Source: a virus. Taken from it: 41,768 nt of DNA. Position numbers and translations under genes: made by a program. Positions 32,143 through 39,059 of this stretch are shown piece by piece; the stretch's first letter is position 1, and each line of letters opens with the position of its first letter. The stretch lies in IMG/VR virus record IMGVR_UViG_3300029303_000014, one strand, 5' to 3'. A model generated the notes under the pieces. It ran no database searches and was not told the DNA's origin. It saw nothing but the letters and a program-made list of their open reading frames with translations.

Positions 32143-32194
32143 TTCGTAATATTACGAAAATCGACTTGATTTTTCGCAACATTACGAATATAAT
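32143..32194 (+). promoter_or_regulatory. Operator palindrome TTCGTAATATTACGAA plus promoter TTGATT-17-TATAAT with a half-site in the spacer
   Basis: Palindrome at 32143-32158, -35 at 32166-32171, -10 at 32189-32194. ATTACGAAT recurs at 32181-32189. Confidence 0.65.
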
Positions 32195-32322
32195 AGCCTT
32201 ACAGAACTTAATTAAGGCAACAAAAAACCAAGCCCCCAACGGATTTCCCGTTTTCGCGGACTTATAACCGATATTTTGTTGGCTGACACTTACATAATAG
32301 CGGTGTTGGTTGCGTTTGTCAA

Positions 32323-32343
32323 TATAAAGTTCTGAACTTTATA
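32323..32343. promoter_or_regulatory. 21-bp perfect palindrome TATAAAGTTC-t-GAACTTTATA abutting the RBS of 32359..32583
   Basis: Read directly from the sequence. The AAGGAGG RBS starts at 32343. Confidence 0.5.
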
Positions 32344-32358
32344 AGGAGGGGAGAACGC

Positions 32359-32583
32359 TTGGAATTAAAGGCAATCCGAGAAAATGCCGGTTTGCGGCAG
32401 GAAGACGTAGCAAAGAAACTCCGTGTAAGAGTTTCCGCAGTGTCGAACTGGGAACGCGGTGTAAATGGTATCGCAAGTAAGTACATTCGACCGCTGACCA
32501 GATTGTACGGCGTGACCGAAGCGGAAATCAGAGCGGCATCGGAAGCCGCCCAGACCGAAAGAACGGGCAAGGAGGGCGAATGA
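32359..32583 (+). CDS. XRE-family HTH protein (Cro-like, 74 aa)
   Basis: TTG start after AAGGAGGGG. HTH is LRQEDVAKKLRVRVSAVSNWERG. Confidence 0.72.
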   Translation: MELKAIRENAGLRQEDVAKKLRVRVSAVSNWERGVNGIASKYIRPLTRLYGVTEAEIRAASEAAQTERTGKEGE

Positions 32584-32774
32584 AACGATTTATTAAATTG
32601 TTTTTGCTTCTCTGTTCATGGGCTCTGGTCGCTATTGCAACTGCCACTATCTTAATGCTTGTTTCAGCATGGATTGCAGGATCGACGGAAAGCGTTTTGT
32701 TTAGCGCTGTTTTTTTGGCCTTGACCATTTTGGTTTGCGCTGCGATTTTGGCGATAAGTGGGGCGGACATATGA
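32580..32774 (+). CDS. Small two-TM membrane protein (64 aa)
   Basis: ATGA overlap with the upstream gene. Almost entirely hydrophobic. Confidence 0.6.
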   Translation: MKRFIKLFLLLCSWALVAIATATILMLVSAWIAGSTESVLFSAVFLALTILVCAAILAISGADI

Positions 32775-32891
32775 AGGCAGTAAAAAATGCCCCGCCCAAT
32801 GTTGCAGCATCGAGCGGGGCGGGTGGGACAAATCTCACCACAAGATATTGTGTCCGTGCTTATTGTAGCACGAGAGAAAGGAAAAGGCAAG

Positions 32892-33137
32892 ATGCTAAAG
32901 CCACAACAGTTAACGCGACGGCGAAACGACCTTGAGCGAGCCGTGCGCGGCGCGATGGGACGGGCGTTGATTCGCACCGGCAAAGAGCTGGGCGAGGAAA
33001 TCGGCTTGTCGGAAACGCAAATTTGCAACAGAATGGCGGGGCGTTCCCGCTGGACGTTAGAGGAAATCTGGGAACTTGACCGAGTTTTGCAATTCACGGA
33101 CGCGGAAAAGCTCATGCTGATCGGAGGCACGAAATGA
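32892..33137 (+). CDS. Small HTH-like protein (81 aa), start chosen at the internal ATG
   Basis: GAAAGGAAAAGG lies upstream. Contains EEIGLSETQICNRMAGRSRWTLEE. The N-terminal extension in the track ORF looks non-coding. Confidence 0.5.
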   Translation: MLKPQQLTRRRNDLERAVRGAMGRALIRTGKELGEEIGLSETQICNRMAGRSRWTLEEIWELDRVLQFTDAEKLMLIGGTK

Positions 33138-33289
33138 TTGACACGCTGTTTTTCGGCGGCATCGCCGCTGCGGTGATCGTGCTGAACGGCTGCGACTTTG
33201 CCACGAGCCTTGCCGTCATCGGCGCGTGCGCGGTGTGCAAGGTGCTGTATGAGCTGCTGCCTTACATCGACAGGGGGTGCAGACGGTGA
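33134..33289 (+). CDS. Small hydrophobic ORF (51 aa, below the track cutoff)
   Basis: ATGA overlap with the upstream gene. Translation MIDTLFFGGIAAAVIVLNGC... Confidence 0.45.
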   Translation: MIDTLFFGGIAAAVIVLNGCDFATSLAVIGACAVCKVLYELLPYIDRGCRR

Positions 33290-33819
33290 GACGGCACGAC
33301 AAGCGCACGAGGGCGCAGCGCAAGGCAGACGAATCGGCGCTGTTTGCGGCGGGCTGTTTGGGCGCGACGATCCTCTTGATCGCGATCTCAATCTTCGCCA
33401 CCAGCGCGCAGGCGGTCGAAGTAATTCCCGGGGAATCCTCGGGAATCATTGAAGCGCATGACCCCGCGTGGGACATTCCCGCAACGGAAAGCGTGGTGTG
33501 CAACGACGTTTTTCTCGGCGAGTTTACGCTGACGGCCTATTGTCCCATGAGTTGCTGCTGCGGAAAGTGGGCAAACGGCTACACCGCGACTGGCACGCCG
33601 GCGACCGAGGGACGCACGATCGCGGTCGACCCGAAGGTGATTCCCTACGGGACGCGCGTGCTGCTGATCTGGCCGGACGGCACTCAGCACAGCTACATCG
33701 CCGAGGATTGCGGCGGCGGTGTGAACGGAAACCACATCGACGTGTTTTTCAACGACCATCAGGCGGCGCGCGTCTTCGGCGTGCAGAGCGCAATGGTGTA
33801 CATGGAGGTGGAGGAATGA
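33286..33819 (+). CDS. Membrane-anchored 3D-domain (RlpA/MltA-like) cell-wall-binding/lytic protein
   Basis: N-terminal anchor LFAAGCLGATILLIAISIFA. C-terminal FTLTAYC...GTRVLL...YIAEDCGGGVNGNHIDVF is typical of the 3D domain. Confidence 0.75.
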   Translation: MRRHDKRTRAQRKADESALFAAGCLGATILLIAISIFATSAQAVEVIPGESSGIIEAHDPAWDIPATESVVCNDVFLGEFTLTAYCPMSCCCGKWANGYTATGTPATEGRTIAVDPKVIPYGTRVLLIWPDGTQHSYIAEDCGGGVNGNHIDVFFNDHQAARVFGVQSAMVYMEVEE

Positions 33820-34007
33820 TGCACTGCGAATCGTGCGGTGCGGATTTTGAGCACCCGGCTATTTACCGCGAACGAGAAAACCTTGACGGAGAACACGGGT
33901 ATTACTGGCATGAAACGCTGGTATGCCCCTTCTGCGGTGAGGAATGGATAACGGAGGTAAAAGATGAAGACTGCCGGCGTAAGCGAGTACACTCACTGCA
34001 CGGTTGA
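33816..34007 (+). CDS. Small zinc-ribbon protein (63 aa)
   Basis: GGAGGTGGAGGA lies upstream with an ATGA overlap. Contains CESCG...CPFCG. Confidence 0.6.
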   Translation: MMHCESCGADFEHPAIYRERENLDGEHGYYWHETLVCPFCGEEWITEVKDEDCRRKRVHSLHG

Positions 34008-34179
34008 CATCTACTTCCCAAACAAAGATGTCAAATGTATGTTCTGCCCGTTACTTGAAACGTACTCGCGCAACCAGTGCCGGAGAACCGGCGAATACAT
34101 TGCAGACACGCGCGGCATCGGCATCTGGTGCCCGCTGAAAATGGAGGAGTTAACTGATGGAGAACCATGGAATCTATGA
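33964..34179 (+). CDS. Hypothetical Cys-rich protein (71 aa)
   Basis: GGAGG lies 6 nt upstream of ATG 33964. Confidence 0.55.
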   Translation: MKTAGVSEYTHCTVDIYFPNKDVKCMFCPLLETYSRNQCRRTGEYIADTRGIGIWCPLKMEELTDGEPWNL

Positions 34180-34795
34180 AAAGCTCGCTGCAATCCAACA
34201 GGAGCTGAAAGCTCCGAAGGGGCAGTACAACAGCTTCGGCAAGTACAAGTACCGTAGCTGTGAGGACATTCTCGAAGCGGTCAAGCCCATCTGTGCGAAG
34301 CACAAGACGGCACTGGTGCTGCTGGACGATATCAGAGAGGTAAGCGGTAGGTTCTATGTGGTCGCACAGGCTCAACTGCACGACTGCGAGAGCGACAATG
34401 CAGTGACCGCCACGGCGTTTGCCAGAGAGCCGGACGAGAAGAAGGGTATGGACGACAGTCAAATCACCGGCACGGCATCGAGCTACGCCAGAAAGTATGC
34501 GCTGAATGGCCTGTTTTGCATCGATGACACGAAGGACGCGGACACGGACGAGTACAAGCAGCAGGATAAGAAGCCGAGTAAGGAAGAGATGGACGCGTTT
34601 AATGCGCAGTACAAGCGCGAGGTTGAGAAAAACACCTGCAAGGACTGCGGCAAGCCCATCTACCCGGTGACGCACGGCGGCAAGTCGTATTCCGTTGCAG
34701 AGATCGCGGAGAACGCGCGAAAGACCTATAAAGCACCGCTCTGCTGGGCGTGCATGATGGCGAGGAGAAAAGCGAATGAAAGCCCGACTGCATGA
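34157..34795 (+). CDS. ERF-family single-strand annealing recombinase
   Basis: The pattern KLAAIQQELKAPKGQYNSFGKYKYRSCEDILEAVKP ... SYARKYALNGLF is typical of the ERF superfamily. Confidence 0.85.
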   Translation: MENHGIYEKLAAIQQELKAPKGQYNSFGKYKYRSCEDILEAVKPICAKHKTALVLLDDIREVSGRFYVVAQAQLHDCESDNAVTATAFAREPDEKKGMDDSQITGTASSYARKYALNGLFCIDDTKDADTDEYKQQDKKPSKEEMDAFNAQYKREVEKNTCKDCGKPIYPVTHGGKSYSVAEIAENARKTYKAPLCWACMMARRKANESPTA

Positions 34796-35297
34796 TCTAT
34801 CCCTTGCGCGCGATGGTGGGTATTTGCTCACCATCGCTACGCGGGAGAACGTCGGCACACTATACGACGAGCTGCACGAGGTAGACGTTGACGTGACCGT
34901 CAAAAAGCACCGCGAGAAGCGGAGCCTTGACGCCAACGCTTACGCATGGGTATTGATGGACAGGCTCGCAGAAGCCACAGGAACGCCTACAAGCGAGGTT
35001 TACCGGCAGGCCGTGAAAGATGTCGGCGGGAACACGGAAACCGTCTGCGTGCGAGAGAAAGCCGTACAGAAACTATGCGACGGCTGGAACAAGAATGGTA
35101 TCGGATGGCAGACGGAAGTGATGGACAGCAAAATTGACGGCTGCAAAAACGTGGTTCTGTATTACGGCTCGTCCACCTTTGACGCAAAGCAAATGTCACG
35201 CCTGATCGACAACATCGTGCAGGATTGCAAGGAGCTTGGCATTGAGACATTGACCCCACAACAGCTTGACGCACTAAAGGAGGAATGGGGCAGATGA
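34776..35297 (+). CDS. Recombination/replication-associated protein (NinB/HNHc_6-like?)
   Basis: 173 aa with a KRSLDANAYAWVLMDRLA motif. Family assignment is tentative. Confidence 0.55.
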   Translation: MKARLHDLSLARDGGYLLTIATRENVGTLYDELHEVDVDVTVKKHREKRSLDANAYAWVLMDRLAEATGTPTSEVYRQAVKDVGGNTETVCVREKAVQKLCDGWNKNGIGWQTEVMDSKIDGCKNVVLYYGSSTFDAKQMSRLIDNIVQDCKELGIETLTPQQLDALKEEWGR

Positions 35298-35593
35298 CTA
35301 AAAGCATCATGCAGGACAAGAGAGAATGCTATATCTCAGGATTTTCGACGAACCTCGCGCGGCATCACATTTACGGTGGTGGCCGTCGGCAACTATCCGA
35401 TATTTGGGGCTGCTGGGTGTGGCTGCGTGCTGACTGGCACAATATGGCCGACTACGGCGTGCACGGGAAAGACGGTCACGAACTGGATATGCGGCTGAAA
35501 CGTGAGTGCCAGAAGCGTTTCGAAGAACTTTATGGCCATGACACGTTTATGTCGGTATTTAAGAAAAACTATTTGGAGGAAGAATCATGCTGA
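35285..35593 (+). CDS. Putative HNH-like (Ref/DUF968-like) protein
   Basis: 102 aa with the pattern C..SG....ARHHI.GG..R..S...G..V.L....H. Tentative. Confidence 0.5.
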   Translation: MGQMTKSIMQDKRECYISGFSTNLARHHIYGGGRRQLSDIWGCWVWLRADWHNMADYGVHGKDGHELDMRLKRECQKRFEELYGHDTFMSVFKKNYLEEESC

Positions 35594-36000
35594 ATAGAAT
35601 TTGCATTATGGGGCGCATTACGCGCGATCTGGAATTGCGACGCACGCAGGATGGAACGGCGGTCACGAGTTTCACCATCGCCGGCGATGACGATTTCAAG
35701 AGCAAGGCAACCGGCGAAAAGAAAACCTATTTCCTCGATGTGGTGGCGTGGCGGCAGCAGGCAGAGTTTGCTTGCCAGTATTTGAGCAAGGGACGCATGG
35801 TCGTGGTCGAGGGGAATCTCACCGTCCGCGACTGGATAGACAAGGAAGGAAATAAGCGACGCAACGCGGAAATCATCGCCGACAACATCTATTTCGGTGA
35901 CAGTAAGCGCACCGATAGCACCGAGCCTCAGATCGCCCCAGAGAGCGCCGCAGGCGGCTTTACGGAAGTCATCGAGGACGAATCCGAGTTGCCGTTTTAA
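35587..36000 (+). CDS. ssb: Single-stranded DNA-binding protein
   Basis: OB-fold pattern MLNRICIMGRITRDLELRRT...FLDVVAWRQQAE and an acidic C-terminal tip DESELPF. Confidence 0.9.
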   Translation: MLNRICIMGRITRDLELRRTQDGTAVTSFTIAGDDDFKSKATGEKKTYFLDVVAWRQQAEFACQYLSKGRMVVVEGNLTVRDWIDKEGNKRRNAEIIADNIYFGDSKRTDSTEPQIAPESAAGGFTEVIEDESELPF

Positions 36001-36012
36001 GGCGGTGACAGT

Positions 36013-36666
36013 ATGGGAGCTGCATCTACAAGGTGCTATGTAAAGGCATATTACGACTGGATCGAGCAAACAGCCGCGCTGGAAGATGACGAAAAAGGCC
36101 GTCTGTTTGTTGCGATTTTAGAATATGCCAGGTCGGGTGAAATCCCTGATACCCTCGGGAGAGAGGCCCTTTTATTTCCGGTATTCAAGGCGGTCGTTGA
36201 CCGTGACGCTCAAAAATCCGGTGCGCTGGCTCAAAACGGAGCGGCTGGCGGCAGAGTGTCAAAAACAAATGCAAGCAAATGTAAGCAAACGCAAGCAAAT
36301 GCAAGCAAATGTAAGCCTACTAATAACATAAGACATAAGACAGAAGACAGAGAACAGAAGACAGAAGACGATATACCCCCTAAATCCCCCTCTACGGGGG
36401 ACGCATTCGAACGTTTCTGGTCAGTTTACCCGCGAAAAATCGGGAAACAGTCTGCTAAGAGAGCTTTCGAGCGGGTCAAAGTCCCACTCGAAACACTTGT
36501 GACCGCGGTGGAGCGGCAGAAGTGCAGCGACCAATGGACGCAGAACAACGGGCAGTTTATTCCACACCCCGCTACATGGCTGAATCAAGGCCGGTGGGAC
36601 GATGAGCTGCCCGAGAGCGGCAGAGGGTATCACTACGACTACGGCAACACGGAGGGAAGCCTATGA
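36013..36666 (+). CDS. Replisome organiser / DnaD-like replication initiation protein
   Basis: C-terminal FERFWSVYPRKIGK...ATWLNQGRWDDE. Has internal iterons and is followed by a DnaC-like loader. Confidence 0.72.
   Translation: MGAASTRCYVKAYYDWIEQTAALEDDEKGRLFVAILEYARSGEIPDTLGREALLFPVFKAVVDRDAQKSGALAQNGAAGGRVSKTNASKCKQTQANASKCKPTNNIRHKTEDREQKTEDDIPPKSPSTGDAFERFWSVYPRKIGKQSAKRAFERVKVPLETLVTAVERQKCSDQWTQNNGQFIPHPATWLNQGRWDDELPESGRGYHYDYGNTEGSL
36261..36320 (+). repeat. Tandem 10-bp iterons G(C/T)AAGCAAA(T/C), about 5-6 copies
   Basis: aaaaacaaat gcaagcaaat gtaagcaaac gcaagcaaat gcaagcaaat gtaagcctac. Confidence 0.85.
36328..36369 (+). repeat. Tandem 7-bp repeats A(T/G)A(A/G)(G/A)AC, 6 copies
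   Basis: ataagac ataagac agaagac agagaac agaagac agaagac. Confidence 0.85.
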
Positions 36667-37490
36667 ACGTTGACGCATTGATCGACAGCATCGCAGAAAA
36701 GGCCGAGCCTGTGCGCGATCTGGTCGACTACGAGAAAGATGGGCTGCTGTACTGCGGCCATTGCAACACACCGAAGCAGTGCCGCATCCCCATCGGCGGG
36801 AACGTCCGCCTTGTCGGCTGCCAGTGCGCTTGTGCGGCGCGAGAGTACGAGGCCGAGAAAAAAGCTCGCGCTGACCGCGAGAAGCGGTTGCGCATCGAAA
36901 CGCTGCGCGCTGACGGAATCCGCGACAAGAGCCTGACGGCGTGCCGGTTTGACACGGCAACGATGAGCGAGGAAATCGTCAAGTGCAAGCGCTATGCCGA
37001 CGCGTGGGACGATATGCGGCGCGAGAACAATGGGCTTCTGCTGTGGGGCAACACCGGCAACGGCAAGACCTTCGCGGCTGCGTGCATCGCCAACGAGCTG
37101 ATTGATCGCGGAATCCCTGCGATGATTACGAGTTTCCCGCGAATCCTCAACGCGGGATATGACAAGCAGGAAATCATCAAGCAGGTGCGATACTACCCGT
37201 TGCTGGTGATTGACGATCTCGGCGCAGAGCGCAGCAGTGAGTACGCAATGGAGACGGTTTACACGGTCATTGACGAGCGATACAAGGCAAAAAAGCCGCT
37301 GATCGTCACCACGAACCTGACGCTGGACGAGTTGTGCAAGCCGAAGAACATGGACTATCAGCGCATCTATGATCGCGTGATCGAGATGTGCACGCCGCTT
37401 GTGTTCAAGGGCGACAACCTGCGACGCGAAAAGGCGAATAAGCGCCTGCGGTATGTCAAGTCGGTGTTGGAGGGCAGCAATGGGCATTGA
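36663..37490 (+). CDS. DnaC/IstB-like AAA+ helicase loader
   Basis: Walker A is GNTGNGKT, Walker B is LLVIDDLG, plus an N-terminal Cys cluster. Confidence 0.85.
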   Translation: MNVDALIDSIAEKAEPVRDLVDYEKDGLLYCGHCNTPKQCRIPIGGNVRLVGCQCACAAREYEAEKKARADREKRLRIETLRADGIRDKSLTACRFDTATMSEEIVKCKRYADAWDDMRRENNGLLLWGNTGNGKTFAAACIANELIDRGIPAMITSFPRILNAGYDKQEIIKQVRYYPLLVIDDLGAERSSEYAMETVYTVIDERYKAKKPLIVTTNLTLDELCKPKNMDYQRIYDRVIEMCTPLVFKGDNLRREKANKRLRYVKSVLEGSNGH

Positions 37491-37917
37491 TATTTCTCAG
37501 CTGGGCAAGGACGCTCAAGCCCAAGTCATGGCAAAGATGGCCGTGCAGGAAGTCAAGAAGCGCAGTAAGTACGGAAACCGCAAGGTCGTGTGCGATGGCA
37601 TCAAGTTTGATTCCGAGCGTGAGGCGGCGCGGTTCGGCGAGCTGAAAGTGCTGCGATCGATGGGCAAGATTCGCGATTTGCGGCTGCAAGCGAATTTTAC
37701 CCTCGTGGAGGGCTACACGACCATCGAGGGCGAGAGGATCAAGCCGATGGTCTACCGCGCGGACTTTACCTACGAGCGGACGACTGAGCCGGACTGCAAC
37801 GGCACGGTGCACTGGCTGCGCGAGGTCGAGGACGCAAAGGGCGCGAAAACGAAGGACTATCTGCTGAAAAAGAAACTGATGCAGGACAAGTACGGCATCA
37901 CGATCCGCGAGGTGTGA
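37480..37917 (+). CDS. DUF1064-family (PD-(D/E)XK, resolvase-like) protein
   Basis: Internal ATG 37480. Pattern KYGNRKVVCDGIKFDSEREAARFGEL...YRADFTY. Confidence 0.72.
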   Translation: MGIDISQLGKDAQAQVMAKMAVQEVKKRSKYGNRKVVCDGIKFDSEREAARFGELKVLRSMGKIRDLRLQANFTLVEGYTTIEGERIKPMVYRADFTYERTTEPDCNGTVHWLREVEDAKGAKTKDYLLKKKLMQDKYGITIREV

Positions 37918-37918
37918 G

Positions 37919-38116
37919 ATGAGCTTTGAGCATTGCCACAGCTGCAAGCCGCCTGTGAGGCATCCGGGCTGTCACAGCGAGTGCCCGCACTATCAGGCGG
38001 ATATCGCCAAGTACAACGCGGCGAGGGACGAAGAGCAGCGGGAAGCGCAGGAGAAAGATGACTACTTAGGCGCGCGCCATTTCAAAACGCGGCGTATGCA
38101 GAACTTGAAAAAATAA
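37919..38116 (+). CDS. Small Cys/His-rich protein (65 aa)
   Basis: Clean ORF. Contains HCHSCKPPVRHPGCHSECPHY. Confidence 0.55.
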   Translation: MSFEHCHSCKPPVRHPGCHSECPHYQADIAKYNAARDEEQREAQEKDDYLGARHFKTRRMQNLKK

Positions 38117-38132
38117 AAGGGAGCAAGAAAAG

Positions 38133-38399
38133 ATGTTGACAGAAAAAGAGTTGGGCGAACGGCTCAAAAACGTTCGCGAAGTGCGCCGCATCAGCCAGTT
38201 TCGCCTTGGCGAAATGGTGGAATGCGGGCAGGGGCATATCGGGAAACTGGAAAAGGGCGAGCACTACCCGAAGCTGCCGACGCTGTACAAGATCAGCGAA
38301 GCGCTGAATATTTCCGTAAGCGATATTTTGGCGGAATCTCCGCCCTCAAAGAATGGGATGCTTTCGCCGGAGGAAGTCGGCGCAAACATCCGCAAATGA
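38133..38399 (+). CDS. XRE-family HTH protein, first half of an apparent tandem-HTH reading frame
   Basis: HTH is ISQFRLGEMVECGQGHIGKLEKGE. Ends at TGA 38397-38399, in frame with the next HTH ORF. Confidence 0.72.
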   Translation: MLTEKELGERLKNVREVRRISQFRLGEMVECGQGHIGKLEKGEHYPKLPTLYKISEALNISVSDILAESPPSKNGMLSPEEVGANIRK

Positions 38400-38405
38400 A
38401 GAACC

Positions 38406-38579
38406 ATGCGGGGGCTTGGCGTGAAGAAGCTGGCGGAAAAGTCGGGCGTATCGCGCAACAGCATCCGAAACCTTGAAACCGGAAAGTGCATGAGCTTTCT
38501 GCTGACGTATCAGTACATTGCCGAAGCGCTGGGCGTGACTGTCGGGACGCTGCTCGGAGAGGTGCAGGAAAATGAGTGA
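38406..38579 (+). CDS. Second XRE HTH unit (57 aa, below the track cutoff), in frame with 38133..38399
   Basis: Translation MRGLGVKKLAEKSGVSRNSIRNLETGK... The helix-1-like GANIRK lies upstream of the TGA. Confidence 0.5.
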   Translation: MRGLGVKKLAEKSGVSRNSIRNLETGKCMSFLLTYQYIAEALGVTVGTLLGEVQENE

Positions 38580-38808
38580 GAACACGAACCACGTGCCGTT
38601 TAAGACGGTCGTATATCCACAGCTCAAGGCGGCATTGCAGGACTCCGGTATCACGCCGCCGGCGTTGAGCAAGAAGCTCGGCGTTTCCCCGCTCTGCGCG
38701 TGGCGATGGACAACGGGGAAGAACGAATTCAGTATTCGCGTGATCAAGGCGATCCTTGCGGTGACTGGGCTGACATTTGAAGAGGCCTTTGGGGAGGTGC
38801 GGGCATGA
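38572..38808 (+). CDS. HTH-like small protein (78 aa), paralogue of the next gene
   Basis: Shares the pattern VYP.LK.AL......L...LG.S......W..G ... TG(L/M)TF.E.FGE with 38805..39059. Confidence 0.62.
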   Translation: MSENTNHVPFKTVVYPQLKAALQDSGITPPALSKKLGVSPLCAWRWTTGKNEFSIRVIKAILAVTGLTFEEAFGEVRA

Positions 38809-39059
38809 GCAAGGTCATGAGACCGAAAACGCCGTTTGAGTTCTGCGTTTATCCAGTGCTCAAGGAAGCGCTGGAAAAGACGAACTATAACCAGACAGAA
38901 CTGGCGCAATCCCTCGGAATGTCGCAGTTTACGGTGTCGGCGTGGGCACGCGGCGACCGCGATACAACGGTGAGGCTGCTGCTGGCGCTGAAAGACCTGA
39001 CGGGGATGACGTTCCGCGAGCTGTTCGGGGAATGCGAGGGACGTCATGGAAGGGTATAG
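38805..39059 (+). CDS. HTH-like small protein (84 aa), paralogue of the previous gene
   Basis: ATGA overlap with the upstream gene. Shares the pattern described for 38572..38808. Confidence 0.62.
   Translation: MSKVMRPKTPFEFCVYPVLKEALEKTNYNQTELAQSLGMSQFTVSAWARGDRDTTVRLLLALKDLTGMTFRELFGECEGRHGRV

Noticed and set aside
32735-32935. ORF 32735..32935 and the N-terminal extension of 32787..33137 as coding sequence.
   Set aside because: The two frames compete, have odd composition and cover a GCCCCGC/GCGGGGC hairpin. The only RBS-supported start in this stretch is ATG 32892.
36261-36369. Short tandem repeats considered as a CRISPR array.
   Set aside because: The units are 7-10 bp with no spacers, lie inside a replication-initiator ORF and stay in frame. 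They are iterons, not CRISPR repeats. No CRISPR array was seen anywhere in the window.
38397-38399. Genome-wide TGA recoding (alternative genetic code, with the tRNA-like element acting as a suppressor).
   Set aside because: TGA is used as a genuine stop in many tightly coupled ATGA junctions (e.g. 906, 4238, 8358, 21782, 22417, 33134, 33816). The tRNA-like element has no foldable anticodon arm and no TCA anticodon. Only a local read-through or mutation remains plausible.
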